From contig CDPCPM010000026.1 in the NCBI GenBank assembly GCA_976551045.1, positions 21,390,001 to 21,454,000 on the forward strand: a stretch of DNA of 64,000 nucleotides, written 5' to 3'. Both the position numbers and the translations under genes were made by a program. Below the pieces are notes generated by a model. That model did no database searches, was not told the DNA's origin, and worked only from the letters and a program-made list of their open reading frames with translations. Positions 38,341 to 51,460 of the stretch are shown piece by piece (position 1 is the stretch's first letter; each line of letters begins with the position of its first letter). The stretch comes from Glaucostegus cemiculus. Lineage: Eukaryota.

Positions 38341-38367
38341 AAATGCTTTAATCATTTCATAATAATC

Positions 38368-38652
38368 CGTGGACGGCACGGTAGCATTGCTTTACAGTGC
38401 CAACGACCCAGATTCAAATCCGGCCACTGTAAGGCATTTGTACGTTCTCCCCGTGCCTGTGTGGGTTTCCTCCAGGTGCTCAGGTTTCCTCCCACATTCC
38501 AAAGACGTACAGGTTAGGAAGTTATGGGCATGCTATGTTGGTGCCGGAAGCATGGCGACAATTGCGAACTCCCCCCCCCCAAAAAAAATCACTATGCACA
38601 AGATGTTTGTGTGCTTCACTGTACATGTGACTAATAAAGATCTTATCTTACT
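38368..38652 (+). mobile_element. V-SINE (HE1-like, tRNA-derived)
   Basis: Head ggcacggtagc..gattcaaatcc (A/B-box-like), V-domain gtgggtttcctccaggtgctcaggtttcctcccacattccaaagacgt, tail tgtacatgtgactaataaagatcttatctta. Confidence 0.85.
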
Positions 38653-41600
38653 TAATAATTATGAATTACCATATTTTTGAGCAAGATTTTAATTTAAGAG
38701 AAAAAAATATTTTTTAATGTATTTTCTATGATTCACCCAATGACCACTGATGTGAAACAATTTAGTTTGATTTTCTCGGTAACATGGAGACCATGAAAAA
38801 TTCAAATAAGCTCCTTGATATGAACAGATTTTTGAATGGTTTCCAACTACAGTATTATGAGAGGAAAATGTACTTTACTGAATGTATTCTTAGAAATGTT
38901 GTACATGCAGAGCATGTCCAGAACTCCAGCATCTTCATTGTTTGGCATTTTGCACCAGATGTAAGTTTCTGTTTCACTGAATTGAACACATGGATCAATT
39001 TAGTTAATATGAATTCGGGTTGGAGTTGTCTTTCCTACTTATGGTTAAAACTTTTCGTCCTTTTGAAAGGACCATAAGGCTAAATTCAGTTGCTGGAGAT
39101 TTTATTCTGGTTACTAAGCCATATAAAACATTCATGATCAGTGGTTAAAATCAAGTTCATAAGTGATTATGGAAACCTGCTTTTTAGCTCATTAGAGCTT
39201 ATCTTTCAAATACTGAGTAATGATTTCTACAGTAAAACTAACAAGACTTTGGAAAGGAAACATAACATCTGATGAGTTAGAAGGTCATCTATTATGTTTA
39301 GTTAATAATTAGTAAGTAGTGGAAGATGGAAATGCTTCTGTAAATAGGCTCAATTATCATGCAGGTTTTAATTCCAAGTAACTTCTTTTTAAGAAATCCA
39401 ATGGAAAAAATGTACTTTTAAATAGACTGCCTCAGATATTCTCAAGCATTTTGAAGAAGTATCTCAGAAACTTTAAAATGAGATTTAAGGAATCATGTTA
39501 AGAATGCAAAATTGGATGCAAATAGTTCTCATCATATATATTTGTAAAAACCAGAAGTCATTTATGAAATGTGATTCACTGTCTAGAATCTTAAATGAGA
39601 AAGAAGTTAAATCAACATTATCAGCATTGAGATTGGTGGTCAGGAGGAAGTGAAGATCAAGGCAACAAATCGCATTTGAAATCTTTTTCTGTGTTTTTAA
39701 ACTTGTTCTGATTCTCATAATTGATTTATATCTTCCTTCACGTTAATCTGCTTTTATGCCGCCTGTTTCTTTGGCCCACTGCAGAGATTTATCGGGCAGC
39801 TTTACTCCTGCTGCTATATGGCCAGACCAAACTGTACAGTAAAAGTCACACCAACTAACAGATTACTTTGACCTTCGCACAGTATTTTTTATTAGCCTTT
39901 TTTGTGTCCAAGAGCCGCTACAACAGTATAAAAATATTTACATCAGGAAATGGCCTTAATAAACATATATTCTATTTCTCAATTTCTGCTTAGAAAAAAT
40001 AAAGAGCTGACCAAAACTGTGATGTATTGAATGCAGTTCAGAGGTTTCAATGTACTAAAGAAATATAGGGGCAAAATTGCAAAGCCCTAAAAACATGTGC
40101 TTGAGACATAATAATAACCAGCTAACTCGTGCTTATTGACTGCTCTGTAGATATCAGAACATTTTTTGCTGCCTGGTTAATTATAATCATTTCTGCAACA
40201 CCCAGTGCTAAGTGTGATACAAGTTGCCTACAGGCCTTATATGGGGCCCAATATCATCACCAATGCAGTGAGATGCAGGCATAAGTTGTCTATGTTAGGT
40301 CATGTTGTGGCTGTGAATTATATGTAAAATTAGTTTATACAGTTTCACTGTTATCTCACCATCTGTCATCCATTATGTTACAAGCATGCATAGATGTGAG
40401 CTTTGAGAAACGTTAGTAGCTCAGTGGAGCACTAATCTTTGTTTTTTTCATACTTAGTAATTTTCCTCCCATCCATGTTATTTCATCTGTGGCTTGGCTG
40501 TTGCCTTTTTGCCAGCCAATCCAACATACTATTATTATGTGATGAGATGCTATGATTCTTCAAAAACTGGGGCTAATGAGCTCACCCTGCCAGGCTTTTT
40601 GCAGTCTTCCTTTTCACAGTGAATGTTTCTGTGAAAGGGGCAGTACGCTGCAGGAGCTCCAGGGCAGGCAATGGCAAATGGAAAACAGGTACGAAGGGAA
40701 TACACAAGGGTGATTGGTTGACTTTTCACGGGAATACTGAATTAGTTCATTTATGAACTTTGTATGGAATGATTTTTTTTGGTGGCTTTCAAAGTTGCAT
40801 TGTGATCAAGTGAAACTTGCAGTGGTCAGAAGCACAGGTATAGTAACAGGACTGCTGGTAAATGAGCAATTAGTGTAGCACTTACAGGTATTGTCCGCCG
40901 ATGAGTTTTGTATAAACAATCTGGGGAAAAAGGGGTGCCTTTTCCTTTCTCTTACTCCTCATGCTCCTGTTCTGCAGATGCTTGTCATAAGCAAGACCTG
41001 GCTTGTTCTGATACTGAGGGTGAGTACACGCAAAAGACCAGCGTGTATCTCCCAGCAATTCAGGGCTCCTCCAAACTGTGAAACTGAAACTGTTGTTTCA
41101 GCACACTAATGAATGACTTGTTCACTCAGCTTTTGTATGGAAGCATGGCTCCCATTGCATGATACATAGGTCTCAGATGGCTACACACCAGACTAACCAG
41201 TTAATTTTTCAGTGTGCAGGCCTTGTCATTCATTCGCCAGCTGAAGTTGGTATACAAAAGCATTTCAACTGCTGCCAGGAGAGCAAGACCTAAATAGTTC
41301 ATACAACATTTGGATACAGAGGGAGTGGAGTCCCTTGCAGTTTCATGTGATGCTCACTAAGCAAGTTAATAGCATTCTGCTGCAAAGTGAAGACCAATGT
41401 CCTAACTAAGTTGCATGGTCTCTCTGTTTGCAGGTTTCTGGCAAGAGCTAACTTTTTTAGTTGAAAACCTTAGTAGGCTCCCTTACACAATACTGTACAT
41501 TAAACTGCAAAATATTGCAAAAAGATTTTGTAAAAAAACTCCTCTGCAGCATGGAAAAACCCTAGATCATAAAGTCACAGTCGATTATTACCCCCACTTT

Positions 41601-43689
41601 CTATGCAGTTCTTGTCCTGCTATGGGTTTGGGACTTCAATGAAGGTTTTTTAATTAAAATGCAAAATTCACACCCATTGTTGCCAACTAACGTCCAGGTA
41701 GAGAGCTGGTCAATGATCATCAAAGATAGACATGACCTTCTCCCCTTCCTCCTCTATTCTCTTCTATTGCTTGTCCTGGTTTGGGTGCCCTCTGCTTATT
41801 CTCCTGGTCATGATTAAGGTGTACCAATGCAACAGTGTGGGAATCAGCTTAAAATCCACCAGCGCCTGTCACAAAACCTCTTGCAGTTATTTCCAATGTG
41901 AAAAAGTTATAGAAAGCACCCTATGCTTGCAGAATCAAAGCAACAGCCAGAAGAATTCAAACAGCAACTGACCTGTTAGTCATGGATAATCTCTTTAAAT
42001 AGGACCCGAGGGGCCCTTTCTGCTACAGAACGTACTTTCAGCATTTACAGATAGTATGTTGCTGGCAGTTAGTATCATACTAGTGTGGCACAATGATTGT
42101 CTTCATTACCCAGCTACTTTCCAGACCTACTCAACCGATGTTCATTGAGTACATTTCCAATACTCACCAATATTGCATCCAGTGCAATTCAGAAATGCAC
42201 ACTTGTGCTGCAGGCACCAATTTTGCAGCTCCAAAAGCATGGAGCCCAGTTTCTCACCATATAACAGCATGTTTAAATGCTCAGAATGAATGAAGTATAA
42301 ACTGGTTCACAATGTGCTTGCTACCCAACCCCCCTCACCAGACTAGATTTCACACATTAATTTCCATCACCGTTAATTGTCATCTACACAATACTGCTTC
42401 ATACATTCATACAGGCATAATTTAGACTCAGCAATTCTGATGTTAAGTAAATATAAAATAATTAGAGATATATTATATGGTGATGTCTGTGGCATATGTT
42501 AACGTATTCTTTTGTTCCAATTAGCAGATTGTAAATGGCATCTTTAACACCCTGTCTTACAGCAACACAGCCCACACAATGCAAATGGAAAGAAGCTGGC
42601 AGTTGTCCAAGAATGCCAAAGGCATCATCAACAAATTATGGGTCCAAAAAGCTCAGTTATGTGATAAGTGTGAGGGTGCAATGCAAACACAGCTGCTTTG
42701 TATTGTGCAACAGGCACACTAGGGCAGTCAGAATATGGACTACTGAGAAACAAATAAAAAAAAAACACAACTTTAACATTAAAGAAACTTCAGCCCTTTT
42801 TTTTGCGATGAATTTGCATATGGTGAGTACATGAGTTTAACCAGGAATGGGAGTGTATCGCACATTAAAAAAGTAGCAGCCACATAGAAGACGTGGCTGC
42901 TACTTTTCAACCTTAGCTCCCTTGGGCTGGCCGAAATAAAACAGGACTACCAGTAGCCCTCAAAACACAGTTGTGCTGTTATGACTGGATCTGTTAAATT
43001 ATTTTATATAAGAATATTAAAACAGATCACAAATATGTAAGTCTACACTGATGCAGTACCATCAAATCTATCAGTCTGATATGCAACAATGGCGTCAGAA
43101 TTGGTTAAATGGTTAGTAAAGTGGATAGATGTAAACTGCAAATGGCTGAAAGTCTGGCTTTCTGGAGCCATACTCTGGTAAAATAAAAACCTAGGCTGGA
43201 AAACATTAATTGAAAGGAAGAAATATCTATTTTAGCAATGCCTCCCAATGACCAGGCCTCAACACAGATTAAACAAGGTAGTTGCTGAATAATTGCTGAG
43301 AGTATAATGAGCCCTGTGATACTGTAGGAAATTGTAATCTAGACGTAACAGTTAATATGGCATTAAATGTATATGAGAAAGAACATTTTTTAACATTTAA
43401 TAATTTAATTGCTTACATGATTCCTACAAGATATGTAGGGAGACTGGTAAGAAAATTACTCTATACTTCTCTCTGAAATCAAATTTTATTTGAAGTGATT
43501 ACAAGTGGGTACCCGTTAGGATTCTATTATTCTGCCAAATTTTGCCACTGAAAAATAGCTAAATTCCTTAATAAGGTTCAGGGATATCATAGACATGCTG
43601 AATACAGAAATGAATAAACCATTCTCTATATCAGAGTGAGTATCTGCATGATAAAGAGATAAGCATATAGAAATTTTCTTTTGAAAAGT

Positions 43690-43890
43690 ATTGAAAAATA
43701 GGAGCAGAAGTAGGTTATTCAGCCCTTAAAGCCTACTTTGCCATTCAATATGATCATGGCTGATCCTCTCTCTATCTCAATGTCATCTTCTTGCTATCTC
43801 CCCATACTCCTGATGCCTGTTTCATATAGAAATCTATGTACCTCCTTATATATATTCAGCAACTTGGCTTTCACCTTCTGTGTGAGAGGA
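43690..43890 (-). mobile_element. CR1 3' tail fragment
   Basis: aaataggagcagaagtagg..ccattcaatatgatcatggctgatc is the reverse complement of the CR1 tail at 14445-14510. Confidence 0.75.
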
Positions 43891-45164
43891 TTCCACTCCT
43901 CAGATCTTCCTAGTTTTGTTTGTTTACATTTGAGACCCCAGTTTCACACTGAAACTATCTGCCACCTCACCAAATCACCCAAATCCAGGCATCTTTATTA
44001 TAAAGGAAGGAGAATCTGCCTACAATCAAGATTTTTACTGAATTTAATAAAACTTGAATCTAAACATAATGACATTTGTATTCAAGCATTGAGTACTAAT
44101 CCATCTGCATTCCGAATTAACTTATTTTCTACTGGTCTGATACATTCAGCAAACGGCTAGTTCCAGGTGATATTCCTGTAGCCAAAAAGTGGCAGCCAGC
44201 AGAAGAGATGGCTAAAGGCCAGATGATTAATGAGCATGGTTTTCATTCTGTACTGAAGAAGCTGAAAAGGCCAGAGAATGCAACAGACAGTCTCTAAACA
44301 TTATTTTCTTGCTTTGGTCTGATACCAACATATTAATCTACAAAGGATCCTGTATAAAGAGAGCAATTGAAGTTATTCCCAAGCAAGTATTAAAGAATTC
44401 TTGTCTGGCTAGAGAACTTCTTTCCACTGTGTTTTTATAAACAAAACCTGATTGGTGACACAGCCACACCCTGACTTTTAAAATCCCATTGATGGCATGT
44501 TCTCTTACAAACTTGCATCATCATGGTGGTGATAACAATTTCATTTGCATCTATTTGAAGCTGGTCCTGCATCGTTGATCTCATGACTCTGGCAGACACT
44601 TTACTGCATTTAGTTTATAATGGATGGGTCCTTGGTGGATGAGTGTCTGCTTCTAAAAGGCCACCCAAGAGCAGGCAAAGAAAGTAAAAAGGTGCAAAGC
44701 ACAAGGGCAAGCTCTACATTTCTGCTAATTTGCCAGCAGCAGTACAAGGGAGATCAATCTACAACTCCTTGAGGTTCCCAGATCATCCAAGAGGACTGCA
44801 AACTAGATTCTAACTTTAATCTCTACCCATGACTTGGAGAGAGAACAGTAGCCAGGATTCAATCTCTCAATCAAAATGAAGGATTTTGAAAGGATTATTA
44901 CTCCAGGCCTGCAAGTAAGGACCTGGGGGAAATAGTGAGGGAAGAAGACTGACGGTTCGGATTCCTATCACTGACTGGGATGTGGGAAAAGGGAACATTA
45001 GCGAGTTAATGCTCCTGATTGGTAACCAATGACACAGCGGAGGAATTTCAATGAAAGTTCTGCCTCCTGATCACTATTCATTGAGCTTTTCTGGAAACTG
45101 TTGTAATGGATATGGGATGAAAGTCAGCTGTCAGGCATCACAAGGTCACTCCCTCTCATTCCAC

Positions 45165-45350
45165 CCAGAGCGAAGATAGGACTCTTCATGTTCTCACCTT
45201 CCATCCCACCAGGCGCTACATTCAATGGTTCATCCTCTGTAATGTCCTCCACCGTAAACTTAATGCTATCACCAAACACATCTTCCCCTTCCATCTCCTT
45301 TCAGCAATCAGTAAAGACTATTCCCTTAGTGATACTCTTACATCTGCACC
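45165..45350 (+). mobile_element. Penelope-like element ORF remnant (RT to GIY-YIG linker)
   Basis: DRTLHVLTFHPTRRYIQWFILCNVLHRKLNAITKHIFPFHLLSAISKDYSLSDTL resembles the PLE motif R.PLVLT(F/Y)HP....I..II...IFP..P..AFRR...L.D.L. Confidence 0.65.
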
Positions 45351-45999
45351 AGCACCCACTTCCTGGCCAGGTTTTTGATGCACCTATTTTCAAATTTATG
45401 TTGAATGAAACTAGGGAAAGGAAGATTGGGATCACCTGCAATTGTAAAGACGCTGGTTGGAGACTATCAGAAAAAGACTAATTATTTGAACAAAAGAGGA
45501 AAATGTTGGCAAGTGACAATTGTGAGAATAACCTCATGAACAGATGAAATCCAGAAGGAATAAAACATCTAAGCTATCAGTTTTGATGTTGATATATACT
45601 TCTGACTTTGGATAATTTTCAAGAGAAACTAATAAATAAAAAACTGTACTAAGAGGTGCTTCAGATGATTGTCTGTCTGGTGAATACCAATTTAAGCTTT
45701 GAAATGCTCGAGAACTGGAATTACCTGAAGATAGATGAAGCTGGTGCATACCATTCTATCATAAACCCCTATGCCCACACTTAGAATGGAAAAAATCCAG
45801 ATAAACTCATCATCCCCGCTGCATAGTCTAAAGCCATAGAGTTCTTTGTTTCTTAATGCATTCTAAACACTTTCATGTCAGGATTATTTTTCTCTATGAT
45901 TGAAATTTCCACATTCCAAAGAAAGAATTTTTATCTGAAGTGTGTAAGTCAAAATATTACATATTTTACTACAACAATAAAATGTGTCCACCAACATAA

Positions 46000-46122
46000 A
46001 AAAAGCATGAAGATCCTGGAAATCTGAAATTAAAAACAGAAAATGCTGGAAATACTCAGCAGGTCAGGCAGCATCTGTGGAAAGAGCAACAGAGTTAAAA
46101 TTTCAGGTTAAAGATCCTTTGC
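46000..46122 (-). mobile_element. Penelope pLTR fragment
   Basis: gaaaatgctggaaatactcagcaggtcaggcagcatctgtggaaagag is the reverse of the pLTR at 51370-51450. It ends in a decayed hammerhead stem II/GAAA (minus: ggatctttaacctgaaattttaac). Confidence 0.75.
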
Positions 46123-47451
46123 TGGTCCATTCTGTCAACCATAAAATTAACAGTAAATCTGTGTTATTTGAGGGTGAATCATTATTTTATTTCCCTAATT
46201 AGAGATTTGAATTTGAAATTGACTACTGGACAGTTGGATCATGGGAGAATCTGAAAACTGAACCAATTCCAATGCAAAGGGAGTAAAACATAGTGACCCT
46301 GGATCCCATTTTGTTCAAAACTGGCATGGATGTACTTTGGACAAGGCAGGCTTCAGATTTTATTCATATGGTGGTGGGTTTAAGTGGTTCTGTTTTGGCT
46401 TTGAGAATAATGTTGCTCTGATAAATGATTCACATAAAGGTGTGGATAAAAACTTAGAAACATTATTGGAAAGGTTCTGTTTGAAGACTGGCATTGAGAT
46501 TAACATAAAGATGATGGCTGCTTTCTATACGGGTGCTGAGCATACACTTTTAACAAGGGTCAAAAATGGAAAATTAACAATGCCTATTTGGAATTTATAG
46601 CTCTCCCAAAAATATTATTTTGGTGCTGTCGTGCTGCAAATTAAATTTAGATTGGCAGAACAATTGTCATATCCAATTTCCCAGGATACATCAATCTATT
46701 CACTTATCTATACTGAGGAATAATTTCCTTTAGCTCCCAGTATTTTCAATTCAAAGGTTTTTCAACATTATTTCAAGCAGAACTGGGAGATATATGGCAA
46801 CAGCATTGCCAGAATAAAAAGGAAATTTATTTTATAAAGAGGGTGTGCTCATGAGAGGAAAAAAAATGACAGCATTCTGAATGTGCATTTGTACCTTTTT
46901 TATGCTCCGTGTACTTCAGTGTGGTGGCAGAGATAAACAAACATGGGCTAGACCTAGGGTGTGAGTAGAAGAAAGAACCTATCTTTATTCATGTGAAGTG
47001 AGCTTTATGTTGGAAGAAAAAAAGTTGAAATTTGAAACTATTTGCTTCACCTGTTTTGGGTGGCAGCTGGAAAAGGCCAATGCTACTATTCATATGTGAG
47101 ACGAGTACTAGCTTTCAATAGCTATGGGAAGGACAGAGAGATACAAATAGAACAGCAGTTTTGCACTTTCTTTCCTCATTCTAATATGTTTTTTCTCTGT
47201 AGTCAAAACCACGCAGAGGCAACAGGTCATACTGGAGGAGGCATGGGAAATTGTTAGAGGTTGGAGAGGCCTTTGACCTAAAATTCATCCTCTCAATGAA
47301 ATGGGTTGGAGGGAGAGCAGATGGACAGTGCTGAGTGAGGCGAGGCACATGAAAGAGTGGTAGTGACATGAAAATGTGGTAATAGGCCAAAAAGATGCAT
47401 GTGTACAATACAAAGATGAGGAGAGCATAGGAATGTTGAGGTGAAACAGTG

Positions 47452-48290
47452 AGTGTCATGAAAACAACCTTTCCCTCAATGTTAACAAAAGAGCTGGTTA
47501 TTGACTTTAGGAGCGGGCCGGTGCATATGCACCTGTCTACATCAATGGTGCTGAGGTCGAGAGGGTTGAGAGCTTCAAGTTCCTGGGAGTGAATATCACC
47601 AACAGCCTGTCCTGGTCAAGTCATGTAGATGCCACAGCCAAGAAAGCTCACCAGCACCTCTACTTCCTCAGGAGACTAAAGAAATTTGGTTTGTCCCTTT
47701 TGACTCTCACCAACTTTTACAGATGCACCATAGAAAGCATCCTATCTGGATGTATCACGGCTTGGTACGGCAACTGCTCTGCCCAGGACCACAAGAAACT
47801 GCAGAGAGTTGTAGACACAGCCCAGCGCATCACAAATACCAGTCTCCCCTCCTTGGACTCTGTCTTTACCTTTCGTTGTCTTGGTGAAGCAGCCAGCATA
47901 ATCAAAGACCCCTCCCACCCGGGACATTCTCTCTTCTCTCCTCTTCCATCGGGTAGAAGATACAGGAGCCTGAGAGCACATACCACCAGGCTTAAGGACA
48001 GTTTCTACCCCACTGTGATAAGACTGTTGAACCGTTCCCTCAATAAATGAATGAACTATGACCTCATGATCTACTTTGTTGTGACCTTGCACCTTATTGC
48101 ACTGCACCTTCTCTGTAGCTGTGACACTTTACCCTGTACTGTAATTGTTTTTACCTGTACTACATCTATGCACTCTGTACTAACTCAATGTAACTGCACT
48201 GTGTAATGAATTGACCTGTACTAGTTTACAGGAGCAGTTTTTCACTGCACCTCAGCACGAGTGACAATAATAAACCAATACCAATACCAA
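47452..48290 (+). mobile_element. Rex1/Babar-type LINE 3' part, well preserved
   Basis: ORF 47589-48050: KKAHQHLYFLRRLKKFGL..FYRCTIESILSGCITAWYGNC..LQRVVDTAQRI..LPSGRRYRSL..KDSFYPTVIRLLN. Tail gtgacaataataaaccaataccaatacca. Confidence 0.93.
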
Positions 48291-50951
48291 TGCAAAGCTC
48301 AATTGATTAGAACAGGAATGAAGCTGCTGAACACGTTTTCCCCCACAAGCCCCACAGCTCACAGCTGCTACACCAGCACACCAGGCCAGTTTGTCCTTTA
48401 ACTCAAAGCCAAAAGGAGATAAAAACACGAGAGAAGAGCAAAAGCTGTTGACAGAAACACATGTGAAAGGAGGGGCAAAGCAGAACCAGAGGAACAGTAC
48501 CAAGAGTGACAAGAGGAAGACCGCATTCTCTAAATTTCCATTTATAGGAAGACAAACATATATGAAGGGTCTTGTATCACTAACCACTTCTGTCAACACT
48601 TTCCATTATAAATTCCTTCATTGATGTTTATAATGGAAACTGCCAATGTGATATTATTACCCCATCCACAGAAATGCCACCAGTGGTAGGAGAATTAATT
48701 GCAGCATGACACATTTACATTGGCATTTTCCATTACTAATATAATGGAAATATAGAAACAATGGAAATATAAAAATAAAAAAAAAACAATATTTATGACT
48801 TGAAAATGAGGACTGAATTACATTGGCACACCTTGGTTCAATTATCTTTGGCCTGTAGCTCTCTAACACCTGGAGATTACATTTGATCTTGTCTACCCAT
48901 GTTCATTCCCATACCTGTGGTACTTGTACATCATCTGTAAACTTCTCGTATGATGTGGGTCTTGGTGAGTCATGGGACATGGTATTGCCTAACAATAGTG
49001 GTGTTATGAACAGAGTACAATGAGGGAAGTGTAACGGGAAGTAACATTGGGAATAATTGTGTCATAGGAAATGCACATTACATGACTCAGTGTTAAAAAA
49101 AAAGCAACATGCTTTTGAAACCTGCAAAATAGCCAAAATATTACAAACTAGTTGTGAATAATTATGAGAAGATCAAGATGAGTTGATTGCATCTGGCATG
49201 TTGTGGCTGGAATGAAGTCAGAGCTAGGCAGTTCATCTATACCAAGCAAAGTGATGGAATAGCAATTAACAAGAGTTTAGGAATGGATCACTTAAGAAAT
49301 CTTCATTTTTGACAGTTCCATATTTTTGCTTAATTGTATCAGGTAAGTAACAGATGAAGGGATGGCAATTTTCAGCTTAAAATTAATATAATTGATTAAG
49401 TCATTGATAAGTCCTCCTTCGTCAACAATTTTTGTGAACTGTTAATTGATTGAAGACTATTTAGCAATATTATTAAAATATTAAAGTATTACAATAAACC
49501 TTAAATATTCTAAACTAAATAAAATAAATTCTTGGAGGACACAACAACCTATCACTTTTTCCAGAGCCACTTTCCTCAAAGCAGGAACTGACCCATAACC
49601 TCCCGATATGGGTATCCTGATGACTGCTCACAGATGGGCAGGACCATGACAAGCCCCTTCTTTTAAAATGAGAGGGACAACTGAAATGGCATTTTTCCTT
49701 TCTCTGAAAATCCGCTTCTGCTTAACGATAATTATCCATTTGCACCTAATAAAAATAATGTATGACATCTGGATATTTCAAGTGATGGAGGGGGCCCAGA
49801 TTGAACATGTGTTGAGACAGTCATACATCAGAAGCCTCTGAATTTTATCCTGCCAGGAAAATAAATGTCATCATCTAAATACTACTGTATACTCTGGATC
49901 TACTTCAGATTTACTGAATAAAATCCACAAACACAATGCAATTTTTCACTCATATCCTTTCAAATCACACTCCTTTTTTCTCAGTTCCTTGAGTGATTGT
50001 CATTTGAGTGAATAAATAATAAATGAGAGCAGAGGCCTGAGTACCAGATGTGGCTTGAACAGGTCAAAAAGGACAACAGTTACTGCAGAAATTTAGTGTC
50101 AAGGAAACATATGCTGCTGGAATGCGGCGGCAAGTAAAACTGTCCATCTCCACTAAAGTGCTACAGTCTTTCACTGGAGAGCAAAACTCAGAGGAACTGT
50201 GTTTAAATTTAAAGTTATATTTTAATTTACCACATCCATATGGTGTTCTCAGCTAAGATGCCCTCGAATGGGAGCCCTCACACCTCAGATGGATGCTTTT
50301 CTCTAACTCCTGATTTAAGCTAATTTTCCAAACCTGCTGGCCAAGTATTCCATATGTGCCTTGTTTTTTAGTGGGTCCCAGGCACATGTGTCTGCCTTTA
50401 AAATGATGTCTATCTCCTACCAGCTGACACAGCAAGGTCAGCACTGAAGCTGTGGAAGAGTTTACAATCCTTCGTGTCTGCCAAACTGGAAGTTAATGGC
50501 AGCAATGGAAAAACCTTTAAGGCCAAGAGAACATACCTTTTTTCTGTTAGCTTACTGAATCTATATTTCAGGCTAGTAAATCAAACTAACCTATTGTTTT
50601 TTTTAAACATGGTGTTTATCAATTGCACTGCAGCACTTTTAATTTACTCTGCAATGCTATTGCTTTCTTGTACAGCTTTACAATGACAGCACAAATAAGT
50701 GCTTCCAACAGTTAACTTTCATGACAAAATAAACAGCAGAACTTCCAAAAAATTAGGACTAAGCAGAAAGTATGCCAGAGAGCTTGACGAAATATAAATC
50801 AATATGTATGTTGGTCAATTTATTTGTTTTTGCATGGACATGCATCTGGCAGGTTACTTGAACTCTTAAAAACTGGCATAATTGAGGGTATATTCTTAGA
50901 GCATTTGCACAAGTTTCATTTCTCAATTTAACTATTCTGTACTAAATATAC

Positions 50952-51460
50952 GTCAGTCCTCGGCCTCTTCCACTGCCAGGAGAATTCCAAATTCTAAGCG
51001 CAAACTGGAGGAACAGCATCTCATTTTCCATCTTGGAACCTTGCATCCTAATACCCCACTGCTTCACCCCCACCCCAACCATGCCTCTTCCTTCCTTCGC
51101 TTTCCTAGCCTCTCTCTCTTTTTCTACCCCTTTTTACCTCTTTACCTTTGACCCACCCCTCTGGTGGATCTGCTCTTCCCTCCTCTCCTGCACCTGCCTA
51201 TCACTATCTCTTACCTGCATCTACCTATCACCACCATGTGTCCACCCCTGCCTCCCCTCTTTTGTCCACCTACCACTGCTCTGCTTTTCCCTCCTATATA
51301 TTGGGCTTCCCCTTTTCCTATCTTCAATCCTGAAGAAGGGTCCTGACTCAAAACATTGACCACCTGCTTTTCTCCACAGATGCTGCCTAGCCTACTGAGT
51401 TCCTCCAGCATCATTGTGTTTTTCATCTCCATTCCAGTATCTGCAGTTCTTTGTTTCTCT
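50952..51460 (+). mobile_element. Penelope-like element 3' end: GIY-YIG C-terminus remnant, pyrimidine-rich region and pLTR
   Basis: SVLGLFHCQ..KRKLEEQHLIFHLGTLHP (PLE endonuclease C-terminus), then a C/T-rich stretch and pLTR ..agatgctgcctagcctactgagttcctccagc..cagtatctgcagtt. Confidence 0.85.
51326..51360 (+). ncRNA. Inactivated Penelope-type hammerhead ribozyme
   Basis: AATC CTGAAGA A GGGT-CCTG-ACTC AAAA CATT GAC. The CUGANGA box and stem II are intact, but the GAAA box is mutated to AAAA, consistent with CpG decay. Confidence 0.55.

Noticed and set aside
51033-51432. Several overlapping Pro/Leu-rich ORFs
   Set aside because: They come from the pyrimidine-rich Penelope terminal region.
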